Origin: the human T2T-CHM13v2.0 reference genome, Homo sapiens
Assembly (NCBI RefSeq): GCF_009914755.1
Contig: NC_060935.1
Reading direction: 5' to 3' (one strand)
Length of the DNA stretch: 64,000 nt
The translations under genes and the position numbers were made by a program. Of the stretch, positions 18,387 to 34,664 are shown one piece after another. Below the pieces are notes generated by a model. The model had not been told where the DNA came from. It saw only the letters and a program-made list of their open reading frames with translations, and did not search any database. How positions within the stretch are numbered: position 1 is the first letter of the stretch; each line of letters begins with the position of its first letter.

Positions 18387-18653
18387 ATGGGTAACTGGGG
18401 CCTTGGAATTGCTCCATGGGTTGATGGCGAATCAGAGCTGGAGTTTAGGAGACTAGGGATGCAAGGACCCTTGGAGGCATTAAGGAGGAGGGAATGGAAT
18501 ACACAGAGGGCCTCCTTCTCTTTCAGCTTTTTAATTGCCCTCTCTCCTCACACAGTAGATTACTGCCACTCCTATGAACTGTTCAATAGGCGGTGGCATG
18601 GGCATGTCCTGGCTACACAGCGGCCCAGCCTCTTTATTTTGATGTTAGTGTGA
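18387..18653 (+). CDS. HEPN1: HEPN1 putative 88-aa ORF, antisense within the HEPACAM 3' UTR (coding status doubtful)
   Basis: MGNWGLGIAPWVDGESELEFRRLGMQ...FILMLV matches my recollection of HEPN1; ATG at 18387, single exon. Confidence 0.7.
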   Translation: MGNWGLGIAPWVDGESELEFRRLGMQGPLEALRRREWNTQRASFSFSFLIALSPHTVDYCHSYELFNRRWHGHVLATQRPSLFILMLV

Positions 18654-18999
18654 TTAGGGAGTCTGCCCTTTTTCTGTGCCCTGGGACCTGAGCATGTGGG
18701 AGCAGGGCAGATGGGTGGCAGGAGGCCAGGGGTTGGATCATGTTCCCCCCAAATGCTGGGAAGCAATAAGCCTCCTCCTCCCCCCACCATTTCTCTGGAG
18801 ATTAGGACTTATTCTCACAGCTGGAGGAAGCTCAACAACTTTCCTGAGGACAATGATTGTTTGAAAGGCTTGTTTTGTAAGGAAGCCAGGAGGAATATAT
18901 GAGTTTGATGAGCTAAAACAGTTCCTCATTTGGTCTAGTTTTCGGGCCAGGGGAGTAAGTGAAATTCACTTCTCTATAAGAATAAGCCCATCCATCTCT

Positions 19000-19005
19000 T
19001 TTATT
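19000..19005 (-). terminator. HEPACAM: Candidate proximal HEPACAM poly(A) signal AATAAA
   Basis: TTTATT on + strand about 770 nt after the stop codon. Confidence 0.45.
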
Positions 19006-19312
19006 CATGAACAGAGACAGAAAGAGTGCTTGGCATGGCATGCCTCCGAGGGAGGCTGTGGGAGGAGGCCAAGCTGGCAGGCTCGGGTTCTTTGCCCTTG
19101 CTAGCGCCCAGGTCAGAGGGAAAAGGAATGTACTCGTACCCTTCCCTCACCACCTTGTAGGTCCCCAGGTACCAGGTGCCCAGGGAAGAAGGCCTTCACA
19201 ATGATCCCCCCAGCTCAGAACAGCCCCTGCACACCCAGTAACCGGCATCTGGCTTCTCCTTAGCTTAGTGCAGCTGTGGATTCTGGGAAAGTGGCCTCTC
19301 TAATCTGAACTT

Positions 19313-19314
<2 letters not shown>

Positions 19315-19346
<32 letters not shown>
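19315..19346 (+). repeat. A32 homopolymer (U32 in the HEPACAM 3' UTR)
   Basis: Read directly. Confidence 0.95.
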
Positions 19347-19348
<2 letters not shown>

Positions 19349-19549
19349 GCCCCAGCACTCAGGCATTTGTTCAGAGGGAAGGGTGGTGGGTGGGAAACAA
19401 CACAGCTCCCTAGGAAGAGCACAGGATAGTCACGGGGGTTAGGTTACTGATGTTAGTTTCCATAAAACCCTTTTGGGTATTGGGCCAGAAATGTAATAAT
19501 CTATGTGGTCCTAAGAGGGCACAACCTATACCAAGTGAGGACACAGCCA

Positions 19550-20200
<651 letters not shown>

Positions 20201-20547
20201 GGAAGGCTGCAGACAGGTCTGGTTTTCCTGGCGATATTCCACACTGAGCATGGGGCCTCCTAGCACATAATAGGTGTTAAGTAAATGTTGAAATGCGATG
20301 ATTTGAGTGCTTTTCCCCTTTACTCTCCTCTTTCCACCCGTCGTGGACAGCCTGGGACAGTTAGTTGTGGAATACTGGGGAAATCACCAGAACTGGTGTC
20401 CAAAGACCTAGGTTTGAAACCTAGATCTGCCACTCATTGACTTGTTTAATCCTGAGCAAGTCATTTAATCTCACAGCCTTGTTTTTTCTAATCTCTAAAA
20501 TGTGCATGACACAAATATTTCACAGGGTTATTCTGAGTACTATAAAG

Positions 20548-20928
20548 CAGGGGTCCCCACCCCCAGGCCGAGGACTGGTACTGGTCCATAGCCTGTTAGG
20601 AAGGGAGCGGCAGAGCAGGAGGTGAGCGGTAGGCCAGAGAGCAAAGCTTCATATGTATTTACAGACATGCCCCATGGCTTGCATTATCGCCTGAGCTCCG
20701 CCTCCTGTCAGATTCGTGGCTGCATTCGATTCTCGATTCTCGTAGGAGCACACACCCTATTGTGAATTGAGCATGCGAGGGATCTAGGTTGCACGCTCTT
20801 TAAGAGAATCCAATGCCTGATGATCTGAAGTGGAACAGTTTCATCCTGAAACCACCCGCATCACCATCCATGGAAAAATTTTCTTCCTTGAAACCAGTCC
20901 CTGGTGCCAAAACCGTTGGGGACTGCTG
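20548..20928 (+). mobile_element. MER1-family hAT/Charlie DNA transposon
   Basis: TIRs CAGGGGTCCCC...GGGGACTGCTG; perfect 8-bp TSD CTATAAAG at 20540-20547 and 20929-20936. Confidence 0.9.
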
Positions 20929-21024
20929 CTATAAAGGGATAGGAATATAGTATGGCTCCCTAGCATCAGGCATGTGGGAGGGGATCACTGCATGTTTCTG
21001 GGCACCCAGTCCAGAGCCGCTCAC

Positions 21025-21583
<559 letters not shown>

Positions 21584-21969
21584 TCATGAGCTTTGGAAGG
21601 AATCACATCTAGGTTTGCACCTTGAGTCTGTCACTAGCGTTGTGACTGTGGGCAAGTCATTTAACCAATCCGAGTCTCAGTGTCATTATCTGTAAACTAC
21701 AGATAATCATACTTAAAAGGTAGCAGGCTAACCACAGCCACAGTGCCTGGTCCCAAAAAAGGTGGTTGGCCAGTGAAAAAACCTATTGTTACTGGTGCTG
21801 GGGTTGTGGGGGCTTTGGAGCACAAGATGCTGGTGCATACACAATGGAAGAATGGATCTCTCGGAAAGAGATGCAAAACCCTGGGAGGAAAGGCATTTAA
21901 AGAGACTTAAGAAAATAATGGGGCTTAGGTTTGGGATGGATTGAAGGACTCAGGTGCTCAGGAGAGTTA

Positions 21970-22684
<715 letters not shown>

Positions 22685-23230
22685 CTAAGAAGTGTCTCCC
22701 TTCCCCTTTTTAGCTCCCTGCCTTCCAACACACCTTTAACACTACCTTCCAACTCAATCTGTGGGCTGAGAAGACTTCAGACATCCTAAGTCCAGTTCTT
22801 TCCCATCGCTTATTCATTCGTTTCACTGACTATTTATGGAGCACCAATTAGGCATGGCGGGTACAATGCTGAACAATGCAGACATGGTGTTGCCCTCATT
22901 CCCTCTTTCCAAATGCCTTGCCATGAACCCTGGGCTTTAATGTCTTAAACTGACCCAGCCAGGAAGATATTTCAGTTGGGCTAAGCCTAGGTCCAACTGT
23001 TTAGGTTCAAATCTTGGCTCTATCACTTCTAGCTGTGTGACCTTGGGCAAGTTATTCAACCTTTCAGTGGCTCACTTTCCTCATCTGCAAAATTAGGATA
23101 ATGATATGAACTATCACCAGACTATTATAAGCATTAAATGAGTCAACATATGCAAAGCACTTAGAATAGTTTCTGGCACATGGCAATCACTCTACATGTT
23201 AGCTGTGCTGTGCCTGTCTGCCAACTTCTA

Positions 23231-23740
<510 letters not shown>

Positions 23741-24555
23741 TCAGGCCCTGGGCTCCTTAGCCCACTCCCAACTTTAAGCCCTCTGATCTCCCAAAGCTTC
23801 GCCTCTCTGGCTCTTCACTCCCTGCCAATCCTGGCTTCTTAAGCCTGGGTGCTATCTCCTCCCCCACAGTAGCTCTGTGCACTTCTGCCCCTTTGTTCTC
23901 TCTCACAGCCATCTCATGGCCTTCAATGCTTTTTCCACCTAGCCCTCTGCCTCTCTGGCACTTTGTCTATTGCCTTTCTCTTGTGGCTCACCCACACCCT
24001 ATGCGCTCCATTCATAAAAATATTTATTGAACATCTCCTATCTGCCAGACACTTTTCTATGTCTTTAGGATATAGCAATGAGCAAAGCCAACAAAAATCC
24101 CTACCCCTATGAAGCTTATAGGTCATTAGACCTCTGGGTGAATTTGTCAGATCTTCTTGATTGGGGATTGGGAGGGTGAGGAGATGGAGAAAGCATGGAA
24201 CACAGATTCACAAAGAAAGGAGCGGGTCGTGAGACAGTGCCAGTAAAGGGAAAGTTTAGGGGCCTGAAGACCACTTTCTAGTTATACCGAGAGCCTCTTC
24301 CCGTTTTTTTTGCAGATGCATGTAGCATCTTACTAGGCTCACTCAGTGCAGAATAGTCCTGCAACTAGTAAGGTGGTTTTGGGAATTCACCCAAACTCCA
24401 GCCCAATCTGTACCCCTAGAAGAAGGATTTGCGATGGGTAGAACAAAGAGCTTAGAATCAGAAAAAGCTTTTTCATGCTGGGCTCTACCTCTTACTGGCT
24501 ATGTGGATTTGGGTACTCATTCTTCTCATTTGTAAAATAAGGATAATAATAACAA

Positions 24556-24915
<360 letters not shown>

Positions 24916-25404
24916 TTAGTCATTGTCATACAGCAGACAGAACACAAAATTGAGCAGAGTTTTGGGCCTTATTATTGATACATGACTTAGGAGGGTCCCA
25001 TCTCCTTGGAGCTCAGATTCCCTACAGATAAAAGGAGTAGTAGGCTAGATGGTCTCATTGGTTTGTTCCAGCCTTGTAATTCTGGGATTTTACCACTTGT
25101 CCAATGGATGCCCTATCCAGAGGGCATTTCAGAGACCTCTTAGGAGCTTTGGGATCTGAAAAGATGCTGTTATTTGGTGTCACCTGGCCTTGTAGAGCAA
25201 TCCAACCACCCGAAGGAGGGTCTTCTGGAGAGGACGCCGGTTGGGAGCAGGGCTGAGTTTAGCTGAATAGACACATACATGCAGATTCTCAGTCCCTCTG
25301 CACCCCTTGCCGCTTCCTTTGATGGATTCCCTCTGAACCTCCCTCATTCTTTCTGAGCCTTATTTCTCACTCTGCTGCTGCTGCCATTCAGTTGAGGAAA
25401 CTGA

Positions 25405-25800
<396 letters not shown>

Positions 25801-25986
25801 GGTTACTAAACATATTAGATCCATTTTTGGAAAAAGTGCTTTGCTAAGTAGTGAGCTCCTCATCTTTGGAAATGACCAAGGAAAGGCCAACTGGCTACTT
25901 TTACACCTTGCTGGGCCTCAGCTTCCTCCTCTGTATAATGAAGTAGCAGGACCAGAAGATCTCTAGGGGGGCTTCTTAACTCTGAC

Positions 25987-26307
<321 letters not shown>

Positions 26308-26349
26308 TAGCTCTGACATTCTATGATTCATTACTTGCCAGGAATGTTA

Positions 26350-26553
<204 letters not shown>

Positions 26554-27161
26554 TTAATTAAAGCAGAAGAGACAGCTCTACTGATTAAAGCTGAATGTGT
26601 GAATATCATATGCTTGCTGTTGAACAAAAATCTTAATTTGGGGCAAGTAAAATGAACAACATAAACTATTTTCAGACTTTTAAAAATTAATGATACTTTC
26701 TTCCCACAAAATCTTAAATAAAAATGGAAAAAGGCAATATGGTTCCATCTCACCTGCTTTGGTAGAAGAGGTGGTGGGGATGAGTCCTATCCCCCCTCAA
26801 TAACCCAAGGAGCAACTGGGAATCCCTACTGGCTCTGCGCATCAGACTAAAGTCCATTTGGCCACATGATCCTTAAGGTTTCTTCCAATTCTTAATTTCT
26901 GTGATTATCAACTGCTAGGTCCAAGGCATGGCTTGATTTAGAAAACCAAACTTTCGAATTTCCCTGAGTAGGCAAATAGGCTTTGGTATGGATAACAAGA
27001 GGTGGCCCTGAAAAAGTCATGAGCTTTATTAAAGGCCACTGGGGTGATGATCAAATAGCTGGGGAACATCTACCCCCTTTCTCGGGACCCAGTGTGCAGT
27101 AGTATGCTATGCACGCAAGGGTTACATGTGCAGAGCCATGCTGGAGTTTAGTAAATTGGTA

Positions 27162-27618
27162 TGTGAAAGGAAAATAAATCTTGGGGCCCCAAAATCACTA
27201 AGCTAAAGGGAAAATCAAGCTGGGCACTGCTTATGACAAACCTGCCTCCCATTCTATGCAAAGTCACCCCTCTGCTCACTGAGATAAATGCATACCTGAT
27301 TGCCTCCTTTGGAAAGACTAATCAAAAAAAGAAACTCAAAATAATGCAACCATTTGTCTCTTATCTGCCTATGACCTGGAAGCCCTCTCCCGACTTAAGA
27401 GTTGTCCCATCTTTCCGGACCGAACCAACATTCATCTTACATATGTTGATTGATGTCTAATGTCTTCCTAAAATGTATGAAACCAAACTATGCTCTGACC
27501 ACCTTGGGCACATGTCATCAGGACCCCCTGAGGCTGTGTCACAGGTGTGCATCCTCAACTTTGGCAAAATAAACTTTGTAAATTAACTGACACCTGTCTG
27601 AGATATTTGGGGTTCACA
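27162..27618 (+). mobile_element. ERV1 solo LTR (MER4A-like) in HEPACAM intron 1
   Basis: tgtgaaaggaaaataaatcttggggcccc...gggttcaca; internal AATAAA; near-TSD GGTA/GGTG. Confidence 0.8.
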
Positions 27619-28639
27619 GGTGTAATGTCCCCAAGCACCAAACTTTGAGGATTCTCATTTCCTTCTTCTGGGAGTCTGGACAGTGACAACCTCAAAAACA
27701 AGTGGAAGGGATTTCCCCTCTCCCTTCTATCTTCTGTGGCCTCCTGGAGCTTCCCTGGCTTCCATGCTCTCCTATCCCATCCAAAGTCCTAGTAGCCTTT
27801 TTGCTATGTATTTCTCCCTGAAGCCTTTCTGCCAATTTAAAGTTGATTTGTTCTGGATAAAAATATTGGAGAAGTTATGGCCTACAGATTGCCTGAGGCC
27901 TTACCCTCCTCTAGATAAGTCCCCTCATCATGCCTATGAACATGGGCATGTCCGTGGGCCAAAAGGATGTATCACACGTGTTCATAAGTGAATGAAGGAG
28001 TCTTTCTTGAAAGCTGACAGAGAGAGCAGTTTGCTGAGCAAACAGTTTCCCAAAAACTCTAGCCAAAATCGTACTCTGTATTAAGTTCAGGGTTCCACAA
28101 CTTTCAAGGGACACAGAGAACTGGGACAGGAGCCAAAGCACGACACAGAAATGAGGAAATAGCTCACAACTAAGGTCCAGAGTGGAAATAAAAGGACTAG
28201 GACCACTCAACCTTGAGAAGTGATTAACTTAATTATTGTCTCCAAGGCATCATAATATAGAAAGTTTCTCTTCCCACCAGAGGCTGAAGAAAAGGAAATG
28301 AGATCTCAGCAAGTTGTACCCTATCAACCTCAACAATGCGGTACTGGGATAGATCGGTGGCCACTCCTCAAGTAGGATTTTGAGCTGCTGCGATGCCGGG
28401 AATGTCAAACTTTAGGGTATAAGAATGCACCTGCAGATAGCCTTGGCTTTTCTTAATAGGGTCATCCCTTAGAGAAATCACCATCCACTCATTTTTATGT
28501 GCTCCCTTTGCTGGGCCAAAGTTTCCTTTCGCCAGTATTTGTCTTAAATTTACCTTTTAAAAGTGTCAATGGGGGTAGTGCCAAATATGTGTTCTAGGAT
28601 TTGGTCTATACACACCTTATCCATATTCCCTAACACCAA

Positions 28640-28830
28640 AGGCTGCTGCCATGTCCCTTTTCATCTGAAAAGTTTTTGGTTTAGTTTGGGTCTGTCACCA
28701 TAAAAAAGTCTCTTCATTCTTTTGGCCGTCATAGATACCCTTCCTTGGGCTTTCTTCAACTGTGTTATTTCCTTTTATGGTGTGGTAGCCAGAACTGCAT
28801 CTAATAATCCAAGGGCAGAACACCTCAGTT
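28640..28830 (-). mobile_element. Ancient CR1/L3 LINE relic (RT C-terminal region)
   Basis: Manual translation QFWLPHHK/EITQLKKAQGRVSMTAKRMKRLFYGDRPK resembles the CR1 motif QFWxPxxKKDIxxLERVQRRATKMIxGLxxLSYEERLK. Confidence 0.65.
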
Positions 28831-29199
28831 TCCTAAAAGGAAAACATATTGTTTCTGCTTTTGGTTTTTAATATTATTCCTAATTAATGAGGGTTTGAGA
28901 AAACCACCCCGCTCCTCTGCTGTTACTCTATAGGTGCATCACTTATTGTGTGGATGTTGGGGCTGCCGTGTTGTATTCTTACATTTTTATCCTGTTGAGG
29001 CCTACAAGTCATTTGAAGCGCCAGTTATTCAGGGATGTGAGAGAAAATCAGGAAACAGAAGCTGTGAAGAAGGCTTTTGGGATCCAGGAAGAAAGGAGCT
29101 GGTAGCTTTTTATCTACAATCTAAGGAGTGTAGATGTTCAGGAATGCGTACCTAGTTAATAGGTATTAAGATGGCACACAGAGAGTTACTATGTTTGTG

Positions 29200-30870
<1,671 letters not shown>

Positions 30871-31818
30871 AAAATGACAGCACCTACAATGTGGGGGTGA
30901 ACTTGGGGCTAAAGAGCATGGAACCCAGGTAAGAGACTTGTTTCTATTGGGTCCCTAGAGGATGGAATAGTTCTTGTATTCCAGAGAATACAACCTTGAA
31001 AATAAACTTACCTACATTTACGGCATGCTGTGCCTATGTCTGTCAGTTAATGTCCTGGTCTCCAGAAAATTTTTATTTGAATGTTTCATAAATTGGAATT
31101 TAAAAATTGGGAAATAAAAATGATGAATTTAGAGAAGCTTCATTTGTCCATGTCAGGGGCAGAGTATTAAAGACTGTGTAGCTCCATGACGCCTCAGGGC
31201 TAGCTTGGTGGTGTCTGCCATAGTATAAGATTAAGGTAAATCTTGGGGAGGCAGGGCCACATGGTCCAGTCTCCCCTTGAGTGCCAATCCTAAAAACTAC
31301 ATTTCCCAGCCAGCTTCCCTTGTTGTTAAGTATGGCCATGTGACTGAGTCGTAGCAAAGAGAACTAGTGCAAGTGATACGTATCACTTACAGACCTTGTT
31401 TGGCAAAGTCTTCCTTTTATGTTTCTCCATTAAAAAAATAAAATAAAATTCTCTACCTGGAAGAAAAGAAGATACACCTCATGGTGATCTTTGGAAGCAC
31501 ATGTCAAAGTTGATAGGGCTCCATTGGCTTGGTCCCTGAAAAACTTCATAGAGTAGAGTCCTTCCTCTTCCCAGGCCTAGTCTGAAACTACAATGGGCTA
31601 TCACATAGTTACTGCCAGGAACTTAAATTTTGGAATTTATTGGTCCCAGAAGCAAACATTTTCCTAAATAATATATTAGGGATGGCAGGGATTCCTTCTA
31701 GAATCTCAGCTCTTATTACTCTTTAGTCCACAGCAGTACAATGGCCTCTCCCAGCACTTACCTCTTATCTATCATAGGTCATTAACTAATATCCTATTAG
31801 CATAACTTACATTATAAT

Positions 31819-32107
31819 TTTTTTTTTTGAGAAAGGTTCTTGGTGTTACCCAGGCTGAAGTGCAGTGACGTGATCATGGCTCACTGCAGCCTTGACCTCC
31901 CTGGTTCAAGCAATCCTCCCACCTCAGCCTCCTGAGTAGCTGGAATTACAAGCGTGCACCACTAGGTCTGGCTAATTTTTTCATTTTTGTAGAGATGGGG
32001 TTTCGCCATGTTCCTCAGGCTGGTCTCGAACTCCTGGGCTCAAGCAATCCAACTGCCTAGGCCTCCCAAAGTTCTGAGATTACAAGCATGAGCCACCGCT
32101 CCCGGCC
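31819..32107 (-). mobile_element. AluJ-like
   Basis: Dimeric Alu with poly(T) on + strand. Confidence 0.9.
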
Positions 32108-32981
32108 ACATTTAGAATGTTTTGGTGTATTTACTAAGTTACATTTTTCCACATAGAATATCCTTGATCACCTTTTGTTTTGTCCCAGTCTTACTGACCG
32201 ACGTGATCTTTCTATAATTTTTTTCCTTACCATTTGATGACCGGAAAGAGTTTAGGGCCATCTCTGCTTTGTATATTTGTGTCGTTCCTATTCTCAACTC
32301 ACTGTCTCCATACCTTCAGCTCTCATTATTTCTTCAGCTCATTGTCATTTCACCAAAGCCAACAGTAACCTCTTAATTGCCTTATCCAATGGGCTCTTTT
32401 GGGTCTTTGTCACATTGGATCTCTTTGACAACTTCAATGGTATTGATCTACTCCTGAAAACTCTCAACTCCCTTGATTTTCTGGACAGCACCACAGGCTT
32501 CTAGTCCTTCTGTCTCTCTGGCTGTTCTCTCTTTGTCTCCTTAATGGGCATTTCTTCCTCTGCTTCCTCTACAAATCTTGAGGTTACATGATGTTTCATT
32601 TTCATCCCACGTTTTTCCCTTCCTAAGTAATATTATCTATTCTTATTGTTTTAACTCTCACCTATGGGCTAACGGCTGCCAAATACCTCTCTCCAACCCT
32701 GACCTCTCTGCCACCCAACTCCAGGCTATGTGACATCTTCACACGGAAGCCTCATAAGTATTTCAATCTAAACATGTATGATACTCATTTTTTTTGTTTA
32801 AGGTTTCACACAGCAATCCTCCTTCCCTTCCTAAATCCTCCTACTTCCTACAGGTCACTAGCTCCTGACTTTACCTCTAAAATATTTTCTCAACATGCCT
32901 CATTCCTTCTATCTTTATTATAATTTCAGTCCATGTTATTTCTCCTATTTCTCTCTTGATCTATTGCAATAGCTTTTTGAC

Positions 32982-33391
32982 CTGTGTTCCCCTCAAATTC
33001 ATACGTTGGAGTCCTAACCCCCAAGTACCTCAGAATGTGAACTTATTTGGCAATGGGGTCACTGCAGATCTAATAAGAAGGGATCATACTGGAGTAGGAT
33101 GGACCTAATCTAGTATGTGTCCTTATAAAAAGGGGAAATGTGGACATAGACATGCAAACACGGGGAATGCCATACCAAGACTGGAGTGATGCTGCCACAA
33201 GTCAAGGAATTACCAGAAGCTAGGAGAGAACCCTAAGGCAGAGCCCTCCCTAGAAGCTTCAGAGAGAGCATGGCCCTGCTGACACCTCGATCTCCCACTT
33301 CTGGCTTCCACGACTTTGAGATAATGCATTTCTGTTGTTTAAGCCACTCAGTTTGTGGTATTTTGTTATAGGAGCCCTAGAAAATGAATAC
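32982..33391 (+). mobile_element. MaLR MLT1 LTR within L2 sequence
   Basis: cccctcaaattcatacgttggagtcctaacccc...ttgttataggagccctagaaaatgaataca. Confidence 0.75.
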
Positions 33392-34478
33392 AAACTTCCT
33401 TTCTTATTTTATTTGCCTCCAGTTTCCCCTCGAATGACCCCCTGCAGACTGAGTAAGCTATCTGAAAGGTACATGTAACCCTGACAGTCCCCAAATTAAA
33501 AACCGCTCATTCCCTCACCTCTCAATCCCCAGATTACGAGTCTGGTTTACAAAGCTCTTGCCTCACTCAATTCATGCTTTTCTCTCCAGCAGTGATGAAC
33601 TGCTGGGCTCTGACTAAACACTTGATGTTATTTCAAGCTGTTGACCTTTGCTCATTTCCCAACCCTAACACCCACTTATACTCCTACCTTTTTTCCCCAT
33701 CTTTTAAAATTCAGTGCACACATTCCTTCTACCAGAAAACCTCCCCCTGATATTCCCACACCCTGTGTCCTACCCTACCAACACCCCCTCCACCAGCACC
33801 AGCTTCCTGGATGGGGTAGGTGACCTTTCTCTGATTGCTATGCATTCTCTGCATAATTGACTTATGATAGTTCCTGCAGTTTAGTAAAATGATCTCCACA
33901 TCTGTTTGCCTCACTAAGTTGTGAATTCCTAGGTGCTCTGTAATTGTGTGTGTGTGTGTGTGTGTATATGTGTATGTACTCATAAATAGGTATATTTAAA
34001 TAAGATCACTTCTCAAAGGATTGGTAGGGGGCGGTAGAGGAGGTAAGCAGCTATGGAGTGGAGTGAATTATGGATAGGTGGGTATGACTATCCCACATTA
34101 GGAGGCTCATTATCTCCAAAGCTTCTTTCATCTGCCTTACTCTTTTACACACAGAGAAGCCAGAGTCGGGGGCTGGGGAGGTATAAAAAGAAAATTTCCC
34201 CTACCCCTACCCATCAAGCCCCACCACAATCCCTTGGAAAGAATGCCAGACTGGCCCACGCCAACAAGTCATCCCATACGAAATGGCCCAGTGCCCGCCA
34301 TCTAATGTACTGAATGCCGTGGGAGCTCCAAAGTCATGCAGCCTTTTGGGGGAAGGGGGTAGGGGCCGCGCGGGAGGCACACAAAATAAAGAAATACGTT
34401 CAACGCTAATGCCTGAATTCCCTGACATGTTTCCCACGGCAGCTGAACTCTCCCCCACTCCTGCCCCAAAGGCATTCA

Positions 34479-34664
<186 letters not shown>

